From Cytophagales bacterium (lineage in GTDB: Bacteria > Bacteroidota > Bacteroidia > Cytophagales > Cyclobacteriaceae), in assembly GCA_005788235.1 (NCBI GenBank), contig SXYU01000023.1:1-58622 (forward strand): a stretch of 58,622 nt of DNA. Direction: 5' to 3'. Under the pieces are notes generated by a model. It did not search any database, was not told where the DNA came from, and saw nothing but the letters and a program-made list of their open reading frames with translations. Below, in pieces: positions 9,213-16,536 of the stretch (positions are counted from its first letter, which is position 1; every line of letters starts with the position of its first letter). A program made the translations under genes and the position numbers.

Positions 9213-11474
9213 TTAGTCTATAATTCTCAGCTTGGCAAAGCTAAGCAATAAAGTTTTCTCCCCAAAATGTTCAAAATGAATGCTTGCTTTTTTGTTAAGT
9301 CCTTCGGTTTCAATTTTTTGAACCTTTCCAAATCCAAACTTAGGGTGCTCCACCAATTGCCCTTCTTGAAGCGCATTGGTATTGCTTGGTTTGAAGTCAG
9401 GGTTTGGGCTATGCACGTGCATCGATGAAGGTAGGCGGGTTTCCGGAAGTTTTTTGAGCCCAATAAATCCCGCACCTCCTAGAGAGCCCTCACTTCTCAA
9501 GGCTCCAGGTAGCTCTCGAGTGGCAGCCATACGTTTGTTAACTTTGAGTAAGGCAGGATTTACCTCTTCCAAAAACCGGCTTGGCTCACAGTTGAGCAAT
9601 CGACCATAGCGGTAGCGCGTCAATGCATAGCTCAGGTAGAGTTTCTCCATAGCACGTGTGGAGGCTACATAAAATAACCTTCGTTCCTCTTCCAAGTCCT
9701 CTCTACTCTGCATCATCATCTGGGAGGGGAAGAGATCTTCCTCCATGCCGACCACAAAAACCTGTTTAAATTCCAAGCCTTTGGAGGCGTGGATGGTCAT
9801 CAGCGTAATCGTATCGGTTTGGCTTTTGTCTTGGTCGTTGTCGGTGAGCAAGGCGATTTCTTGCAAGAAGGCACCCAAGCTTTTGTCTTCGTTTTCGGGA
9901 TTGTCCACATACTCCTTGATGGCATTCAGCAATTCCTGCACGTTTTCGTAGCGGTTGAGGCCCTCGATGGTCTTGTCTTCATAAAGTTCCCGGAGCAAGC
10001 CACTTTGTTTAGCCACAGTACTCGCTGCCTCAAAGGCATCCTTGCGTTCGATTTCGATTTGGAAAGCCTTGATCATGGTTGAAAAGTCATCCACGGACAC
10101 TCCCGCACGGCCTCCTAGGAAGCTGTGCGCATTTTGTACTACATCCCAAAGTGGGATGTCGTGTTCGTAGGCGGAAACGAGAATTTTTTCAACGGAGGTG
10201 TCACCTATCCCCCTTTTGGGGTAGTTGATGATGCGCTTGAAGGCTTCCTCGTCGGCAGGGTTGACGGCAAAGCGCAGGTAGGCCATGAGGTCCTTGATTT
10301 CTTTGCGTTGGTAGAAGGATAGTCCACCTACGATTTTATAGGTCAAGTTGAGTTTCCGCAAGGCCTCCTCCATGGATCGGGACTGGGAGTTGGTGCGGTA
10401 GAGAATCGCAAAATCGCTATTATTAAGCTGTTTATTGTTTTTTTCCTCAAAAATGGTGTTGGCTACGATTCGCCCCTCCTCGTTATCGGAAGATGCTTTG
10501 AATAGTTCGATGAGATCTCCTTCAGGATTGGAGGTCCAGACGATTTTCTTGAGTTGGGACTTGTTCTTGTCAATGATGGAGTTGGCAGCTTCTACGATGG
10601 TCTTGGTAGATCGGTAGTTTTGCTCCAGCTTTACCACAAACAAGTCCGGGTAGTCTTTCTCAAAATTTAGGATATTCTGGATGTCTGCTCCTCGGAAAGC
10701 ATAAATACTTTGGGCATCGTCCCCCACCACACAGATGTTTTGGTGTACTGCTGCTAGTTTTTTGGTGATTAGGTACTGGGAAATGTTGGTGTCCTGAAAC
10801 TCGTCCACCATCACGTATTTGAAGCGCTGCTGGTATTTGTTGAGTACCTCGAGGTGGTCTCGGAAGAGTATATTGGTATTGAAGAGCAGGTCGTCAAAGT
10901 CCATGGCGCCTGCTTTGAAGAGGCGTTCCTGGTAGCGCTGGTAAATTTCCCCCATCCGAGGACGAAGGGCAGCTTCGTCATCTGCCTTCACAAAGGGGTC
11001 GTTTTGGTAGGTTTGCCAAGAAATAAGCCTATTTTTTGCCCCAGATATTCGGGATAGGACCACGCTTGGCTTGTATACCTTATCGTCGAGACGGAGTTCC
11101 TTCACCAAGGTGCGGATCAGGGATTTGGAGTCGTCGGTATCGTAAATGGTGAAGTTGGAGGGGTAGCCTAGTTTATCAGCTTCCACACGCAGGATTTTTG
11201 CAAAAACAGAGTGAAAAGTCCCCATCCAAGTATTCCTAGCTTCAAGGCCTGCCAATTTTTCGATGCGGTGCTTCATTTCGCTCGCCGCTTTGTTGGTAAA
11301 AGTGAGCGACAGGATGTTAAACGCATCCACCCCTTTGGCATAGATAAGATGTGCGATCCGGTAGGTGAGTACCCGAGTTTTGCCAGAGCCTGCACCCGCA
11401 ATGATCATTACAGGGCCATCTGTATGTTCTACGGCTTGTCGTTGTTCGGAATTGAGTTCGTTGAGGTAATCCAT
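9213..11474 (-). CDS. pcrA: ATP-dependent DNA helicase PcrA/UvrD
   Basis: AGAGSGKT Walker A, TFTNKAA, VDEFQD, VGDDAQSIYAFRGA, LEQNYRS, TIHASKGLEF, EEERRLFYVA and a C-terminal HPKFGFG domain. Start moved to ATG 11474. Confidence 0.95.
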   Translation of the reverse strand: MDYLNELNSEQRQAVEHTDGPVMIIAGAGSGKTRVLTYRIAHLIYAKGVDAFNILSLTFTNKAASEMKHRIEKLAGLEARNTWMGTFHSVFAKILRVEADKLGYPSNFTIYDTDDSKSLIRTLVKELRLDDKVYKPSVVLSRISGAKNRLISWQTYQNDPFVKADDEAALRPRMGEIYQRYQERLFKAGAMDFDDLLFNTNILFRDHLEVLNKYQQRFKYVMVDEFQDTNISQYLITKKLAAVHQNICVVGDDAQSIYAFRGADIQNILNFEKDYPDLFVVKLEQNYRSTKTIVEAANSIIDKNKSQLKKIVWTSNPEGDLIELFKASSDNEEGRIVANTIFEEKNNKQLNNSDFAILYRTNSQSRSMEEALRKLNLTYKIVGGLSFYQRKEIKDLMAYLRFAVNPADEEAFKRIINYPKRGIGDTSVEKILVSAYEHDIPLWDVVQNAHSFLGGRAGVSVDDFSTMIKAFQIEIERKDAFEAASTVAKQSGLLRELYEDKTIEGLNRYENVQELLNAIKEYVDNPENEDKSLGAFLQEIALLTDNDQDKSQTDTITLMTIHASKGLEFKQVFVVGMEEDLFPSQMMMQSREDLEEERRLFYVASTRAMEKLYLSYALTRYRYGRLLNCEPSRFLEEVNPALLKVNKRMAATRELPGALRSEGSLGGAGFIGLKKLPETRLPSSMHVHSPNPDFKPSNTNALQEGQLVEHPKFGFGKVQKIETEGLNKKASIHFEHFGEKTLLLSFAKLRIID

Positions 11475-11635
11475 TTGTGTAGGTTCAATTAGCAAGATAA
11501 AAGTAGCAAGACTACAAGCCATTACCCAGGTATCAAGCTTAATCTGTAATTAAACTAGTTTATTCAATTGTTCTCGGCTTGAACTTGTTTTCTAAAATTA
11601 GACGAAGCCCATTCTCGCGTTGGCAACCTGCGGGG

Positions 11636-12472
11636 TTACAGTCTCCAGCGTTTGTGGCTCCAGAGGTATAAGTCAGGCTGCAGGTGGATATTCGCTTCCA
11701 ATCTAGCACAGAAGACATCCGTAATGCTGTGCTCTAGATGCGCATCGTAGGGGCCTTTTGCGAGGAGTTCGTAGGTAGCTTGGTAGCGTCCTCTCCCTAA
11801 TTTCGATATTTCCCCAAAGTACACCGGCAGGTTTTTGTTTTTGGCGATGTGTTCTGCTCCTTCATAGAAGTAGGCGGGTCGGTTCAGGAAGGAGCGCTGG
11901 TAGCGGGTGGTTCGTCGATTGGGTCGCTGATCTGCAGCAAGTTGGACAACGCGGTGATCGGTAGCTAAGGTTTTGACGGTTTCGCGAAACTCATTTTTCT
12001 CCGTGATGGTATTTCCAAATCGGGTGCGCGCTTGGTACATGAGTTCGTTGAAAAAAGGGCTGTTGATTTTTAAATAGACGCCCTCAGAAGGTACCTCGCT
12101 GAGTACAGCAGCTTGTTGAAGTCCTAGTTCCCAATTAAAAAAATGGCCAGCAAGTAGCAATACACTTGTTCCATTTTTCACCTCTTCATCTAGGAAATCT
12201 TGATTGGTGATTGTAAATCTTTGAGCCAATTCTTTCTTGGAAATACTGATTGATTTGATGGTTTCAGCGATGGAGTCGGTGAAGTTTCGGTAAAACCTAT
12301 TTCGAATCGCTTTCCGCTCTCTAGCTGTTTTTTCAGGAAAAGCATGAAGCAAGTTTTCATCGATCACTTTTTTGCGGTACTGGGCCACATATCTGGCAAT
12401 CAAGTAAAGGAAGTCAGAAAAAAGATACAAGATTCCGAGGGGTAATCGGGAAAACAGACGAAAGAAAAGCAT
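11636..12472 (-). CDS. Lipid A biosynthesis acyltransferase (LpxL/HtrB family)
   Basis: GHFFNWE catalytic motif, AADQRP, C-terminal PDLYLWSHKRW. Confidence 0.88.
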   Translation of the reverse strand: MLFFRLFSRLPLGILYLFSDFLYLIARYVAQYRKKVIDENLLHAFPEKTARERKAIRNRFYRNFTDSIAETIKSISISKKELAQRFTITNQDFLDEEVKNGTSVLLLAGHFFNWELGLQQAAVLSEVPSEGVYLKINSPFFNELMYQARTRFGNTITEKNEFRETVKTLATDHRVVQLAADQRPNRRTTRYQRSFLNRPAYFYEGAEHIAKNKNLPVYFGEISKLGRGRYQATYELLAKGPYDAHLEHSITDVFCARLEANIHLQPDLYLWSHKRWRL

Positions 12473-12583
12473 GCGTTTGCGAGGGTGTGGGGTAATTTAT
12501 CCCGTTGGGGAGGAAAGCTGATACAAAATAAAGGAAAAGCAGGGAAATAGAAGGGGAATTTAGGTATAAATTGAGGCATTGCG

Positions 12584-12591
12584 TACTTTTG
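12584..12591 (+). promoter_or_regulatory. Bacteroidota -7 promoter box upstream of the ECF sigma gene
   Basis: TACTTTTG matches TAnnTTTG and ends 4 nt before the ATG at 12596. Confidence 0.5.
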
Positions 12592-12595
12592 ATTT

Positions 12596-13192
12596 ATGTC
12601 GGAAGTTCAGCGAAGGAAATATTCTCAGGAAGAGCGATCTGCGGTCTTTGATGGGGAATTTATGCCCCACATCGATTCCATGTACAACTTTGCATTCCGA
12701 CTGACCTTTGATGAGGATGATGCCAAGGATTTGGTTCAGGATACCTACATGAAGGCCTTTCGCTTCATCAATTCCTTTGAACAGGGAACCAATGCCAAGG
12801 CATGGCTTTTCCGTATTCTCAAAAACAGCTTCATCAACGATTACCGAAAAAGAAGCAAAAAGCCTGCAACGGTAGATTATCAGGAAGTGGAAACCTTCTA
12901 CAATTCTGATGATGTAGACTACCAAAGTACGAGTGACCTTCGAGCAGAGTCGGTGAGGGACATGTTGGGGGATGAGATCTCCAATGCCCTAAATGGTTTG
13001 GCTGTAGACTTTCGAACCGTTATAATTTTAGCGGATTTGGAGGGCTTCACCTATGAAGAAATGTCAAAAATTTTGGATATTCCTATCGGCACGGTGCGAT
13101 CAAGGCTGCATCGGGCGAGGCATCTACTGAAAGATATACTAAAAGGCTATGCCCAATCGATGGGCTACGGCAGGTACGAAGAGGAGGAATAA
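12596..13192 (+). CDS. ECF sigma-70 factor (SigR/SigH-like)
   Basis: Region 2 DAKDLVQDTYMKAF..FEQGTNAKAWLFRILKNSFINDYRK; region 4 EGFTYEEMSKILDIPIGTVRSRLHRAR. Confidence 0.93.
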   Translation: MSEVQRRKYSQEERSAVFDGEFMPHIDSMYNFAFRLTFDEDDAKDLVQDTYMKAFRFINSFEQGTNAKAWLFRILKNSFINDYRKRSKKPATVDYQEVETFYNSDDVDYQSTSDLRAESVRDMLGDEISNALNGLAVDFRTVIILADLEGFTYEEMSKILDIPIGTVRSRLHRARHLLKDILKGYAQSMGYGRYEEEE

Positions 13193-13202
13193 ACGATTAG
13201 CT

Positions 13203-13475
13203 ATGGAAAACAACAACGGATCATCCCCTGATCGGAAACTGCAATGCAGTGACGTAAGCAAGTGCTTTCAGCTCCTGGAGCGTATTCTCGATGGAGAGCT
13301 TGTGGAAGAAGGTGAAGAGATACTACAAGTGAAGCTGGACAAATGTCAGCCCTGCTTTGCACATTTTCACCTAGAGCAAGCCATTCGTGAGGTGCTTAAA
13401 ACCAAATGTACCAAGCAACCTTTACCTGATAAACTGGCGGAGTCGATTCGTCAAATGATTCAAGACCCACGATGA
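13203..13475 (+). CDS. Soluble zinc-binding anti-sigma factor (ZAS, RsrA-like)
   Basis: Directly follows the sigma gene; C..LDGEL..KLDKCQPC..KC..P..L pattern; no TM helix. Start moved to ATG 13203. Confidence 0.78.
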   Translation: MENNNGSSPDRKLQCSDVSKCFQLLERILDGELVEEGEEILQVKLDKCQPCFAHFHLEQAIREVLKTKCTKQPLPDKLAESIRQMIQDPR

Positions 13476-14056
13476 GTAATCCTTCTGGCAAAGCTATAAT
13501 TTTTTCCGCACCTTCTGGATCTGGAAAAACATCCCTAGTCAAGCACCTCATGCAGCAGGTTCCTAATTTGGGATTTTCTATTTCTGCTTGTACGCGTGAC
13601 AAGCGCGGCAGACACGAAGTGCATGGGAGAGACTACTATTTTTTGAGTATCGAAGAGTTTAAAAATAAAATTGATCAAGATGAATTTGTAGAGTGGGAGG
13701 AAGTGTATGCGGGTAATTTTTATGGCACGCTGAAAGAGGAGATACACCGAATTTGGGAGGAAGGGAAGGCAGTGATTTTTGATGTGGATGTCAAAGGTGG
13801 ATTGGCTCTGAAGAAATATTTTGGAGAGCAGGCTTTGGCCATCTTTGTGAAGGTTCCCTCCCTGGACATCTTGGAATCGCGGCTAAATGATCGGGGTACC
13901 GAATCGGAAGAATCGCTTTCTCGAAGAATCTACAAGGCCAAGTTTGAGATGACTTTTGAGCCGCAGTTTGATGTGACCATTCTAAACGATGATTTCGCGA
14001 GGTCTTCAGCGGAAACAGTAGTTTTTGTCAATAAGTTTTTGAATGCCAAAGAATGA
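13472..14056 (+). CDS. gmk: Guanylate kinase
   Basis: SAPSGSGKT P-loop, GRDYYF, FVEWEEVY.GNFYGT, DVDVKG, RGTESEES. Confidence 0.96.
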   Translation: MSNPSGKAIIFSAPSGSGKTSLVKHLMQQVPNLGFSISACTRDKRGRHEVHGRDYYFLSIEEFKNKIDQDEFVEWEEVYAGNFYGTLKEEIHRIWEEGKAVIFDVDVKGGLALKKYFGEQALAIFVKVPSLDILESRLNDRGTESEESLSRRIYKAKFEMTFEPQFDVTILNDDFARSSAETVVFVNKFLNAKE

Positions 14057-14619
14057 AGATAGGGCTGTATTTCGGTAGTTTTAACCCCATTCATGTGGGG
14101 CATTTGATCATCGCCCAGACGCTTTTTCAACAGGGAGGGCTAGACCAAGTTTGGTTTGTAGTCAGTCCGCAAAACCCCTTCAAAAAGCAGGAATCCTTAG
14201 CTCATGAGCATGATCGCCTTCGAATGGTAGAACTTGCTATTGATGATAATTTTCAGTTTAGGGCTTCTGATGTAGAGTTTCGGATGCCACGACCCAGCTA
14301 CACCATCGATACACTTACCTACCTGAGCGATAAGTACCCCCAGCACCAGTTTTCCTTGTTTTTAGGTTCGGACAACCTGAGCCATTTCCATAAGTGGAAG
14401 AATCACCAAGCTATCTTGGATAACTATCCCATCTTGGTGTATCCTCGTCCAGGGGAAGTTAAAACACTGGATCATCCTGGGCTCAGCTATTTAGACGCTC
14501 CTTTGCTTGATATTTCTGCAACGTTTATTCGGCAATCCATCCAAGAGGGCTTGTCTGTTCGGTACCTTCTTCCAGAGCGGGTGGAACAGTATATTCTAGA
14601 CAAAAAATTGTACGGGTAG
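14053..14619 (+). CDS. nadD: Nicotinate-nucleotide adenylyltransferase
   Basis: GSFNPIHVGH, SPQNPFK, PSYTIDTL, GSDNL, KWKN, ISATFIR. Confidence 0.96.
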   Translation: MKIGLYFGSFNPIHVGHLIIAQTLFQQGGLDQVWFVVSPQNPFKKQESLAHEHDRLRMVELAIDDNFQFRASDVEFRMPRPSYTIDTLTYLSDKYPQHQFSLFLGSDNLSHFHKWKNHQAILDNYPILVYPRPGEVKTLDHPGLSYLDAPLLDISATFIRQSIQEGLSVRYLLPERVEQYILDKKLYG

Positions 14620-14650
14620 AAAATATTGATTGTAATTTTTCTTAGGGATT

Positions 14651-14910
14651 GATAGCGCACCTCCGGAGCGCTCCTTGATCTACCGTAATTTCTATTAACA
14701 TTTTGCCCCTCTGGGGCAAAGAAAAAACTCCTAAGTCACTACCTCCTAGCTTCTTTGAAAAAAAGGATTGGTAAGAGATGGTTTAGCCAAAATCTCACTT
14801 CTTTTCATTCAATCAGATAATAATGGAATTTCTGCTCCAGAGGAGCAATATGTTAATAGAGACTGAACAATATGTGAAGGTCGTTCGCTCCAGTGGAGCG
14901 ACATATCCTA
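14651..14910. repeat. Cluster of four REP-like short palindromes arranged as an inverted doublet
   Basis: GCYCC-NNN-GGRGC-type hairpins at 14654-14672 (degenerate), 14702-14720, 14833-14847 and 14885-14901. Segments 14691-14717 and 14834-14860 are 24/27-identical inverted copies. Confidence 0.75.
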
Positions 14911-14924
14911 TTTTCCCTAGTCTC

Positions 14925-15031
14925 TCTGCGTGAAAAAAAATATTTCACGCTCCGCCGCGGCGGATCAAGGAAAATTTCCGCAGATCAAAAGAATTAAATC
15001 AGCGGATTTTTCTATTTAGATCAGCGTGAAA
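14925..15031. repeat. Nested inverted repeat (CGC[A/T]GAT-type motifs) containing the perfect palindrome TCCGCCGCGGCGGA
   Basis: Outer arms TTTCACGCT..GATC (14943-14966) and GATCAGCGTGAAA (15019-15031); inner arms TCCGCAGAT and ATCAGCGGA; 14-bp palindrome at 14951-14964. Confidence 0.7.
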
Positions 15032-15055
15032 AAAGACTAAAAGTAAAAGGGGGTC

Positions 15056-16405
15056 TTATTTTTTACCTGCTACCTTATCTGGTCTTGTGGAGATGTTTTT
15101 CCAAATCCATTCCCCCACCTGCTTGCCCTGCTTGCTGCCTTCTTCAATGGCAGTCATGTAATGGATGCCCCCATAAAAACGGCTGATAGCAGCTTCGGAT
15201 GCAGCCTGAGAGAAGGAGTCAAACTCCCGGACAGGCAGACCATAGGCCACCTCGGTGCTGTCTACTATGTGAAGCTGATCCCCAAATAGCTGAGCCAAGG
15301 TGTAAGATGCTGCAGTTGAGGCTACGCTATGTCCTGAGGTATGCTCCGGAAAAGGAGGGGTTTGAAGTAGTGGAACCCAGTTTTCATCAATGTGCTGGTT
15401 GATGTAGGTTTCAGGGCGAATGGTGCGGCTACGGTATTTTTCATCCCAACAGGCAATAAATGCCTCATTAAGTGAGATTGCAGTCAAGGCTAGGGCTTCA
15501 ATGGTGCCTTTCCAGTCTTTTTTTGCAGTAGCCGAAGCAATGGATGCAATACCCATCCAGTGTCCTCCTGGAGTAATTTTCTTGGTGGCAAACATCACAT
15601 GTCCCTTAACATTCATTTTGTAGGGATTGCAATCCCAGAAGTTAGCAATGGCTGTTTGCTCTTCTACGGCCATTTTTTGAGACTCATAAACTTCCATTGC
15701 TCTTTTGTAAAAGTCAGAGTTAGGGTCTGTAGAGAATGGTGGAGGAGGATTTACTTTGAATTGGGCAGCGGAGTCCAACACAAAGGTTCGGATCTTATTC
15801 CAATGCGGTTCAACAGCTTCCATGTAGGCAGGAGGAGTAGGCTGCCAAGTACCTGGCTCACTAGTGACGGTGTATTTGGGAAAGGAACGGCTTTGGTGGT
15901 AGTTGTCTTTTTTGGAATATTCCCTAATCTTATCCCCGATGGCTTGTCCAAAGGCTACTGACGCTTCAAACACGTCGTCAGGAATTCCTTTTTCTTTAAG
16001 TTCTTCAAATACAGAATCTCGGTGTGCATGCATTTTCTCCTCAGAAAAAATCAAGGCAGTTCCTACATGATAATAGGCGGCTAAGGAGGCAAGCGGGGGG
16101 TAAATATTTGCCGGTACAGGGATTGTGATGGGCTCGGATCCATTGAGCTGCCCCATCAAGGAGGCGTAATTTGCAGGATCAGTCGCTGCAGCTACTTCAT
16201 AGCCCGCCAAGGAGGAATAGGAATAAATTCGTGCGGCGACAGGGGGTGAAAAAATATCATGGATGATGACTTCCGTGATTTGTTTTTGTGCACGGTGAAA
16301 ATAACTTCCATCTGTGATGGCCTGTGAGTAATCTTTTTTCTCTCGGCACGAAATCACTACTACCAAAAGCAGGATGGAAAGGAGTACTATTCTTTGGAAA
16401 CGCAT
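15056..16405 (-). CDS. Vanadium-dependent haloperoxidase / PAP2 superfamily lipoprotein
   Basis: Lipobox VVISC; vanadate/phosphate-binding motifs WDEKY-RSRTI-RP, TPPFPEHTSGHS and SRFYGGIHY; WQPTPP and FWDCNP segments. Start moved to ATG 16405. Confidence 0.85.
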   Translation of the reverse strand: MRFQRIVLLSILLLVVVISCREKKDYSQAITDGSYFHRAQKQITEVIIHDIFSPPVAARIYSYSSLAGYEVAAATDPANYASLMGQLNGSEPITIPVPANIYPPLASLAAYYHVGTALIFSEEKMHAHRDSVFEELKEKGIPDDVFEASVAFGQAIGDKIREYSKKDNYHQSRSFPKYTVTSEPGTWQPTPPAYMEAVEPHWNKIRTFVLDSAAQFKVNPPPPFSTDPNSDFYKRAMEVYESQKMAVEEQTAIANFWDCNPYKMNVKGHVMFATKKITPGGHWMGIASIASATAKKDWKGTIEALALTAISLNEAFIACWDEKYRSRTIRPETYINQHIDENWVPLLQTPPFPEHTSGHSVASTAASYTLAQLFGDQLHIVDSTEVAYGLPVREFDSFSQAASEAAISRFYGGIHYMTAIEEGSKQGKQVGEWIWKNISTRPDKVAGKK

Positions 16406-16536
16406 GGAAATGTCAACAGGGGATAAGTAGCTGGGGCTGCCTCGAATACATTCATTCGAGAACCTCAAAGTTACCCAAATGGAGAATATTCCCAAATGAT
16501 TATACTCAGGTATTTACTCTGTCTTAATGGAAGCCA

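Noticed and set aside
14620-15055. Possible tRNA, CRISPR or IS element in the long nadD-haloperoxidase spacer
   Set aside because: No cloverleaf or T-loop consensus, no regular repeat-spacer period and no transposase ORF; reported only as palindromic repeats.
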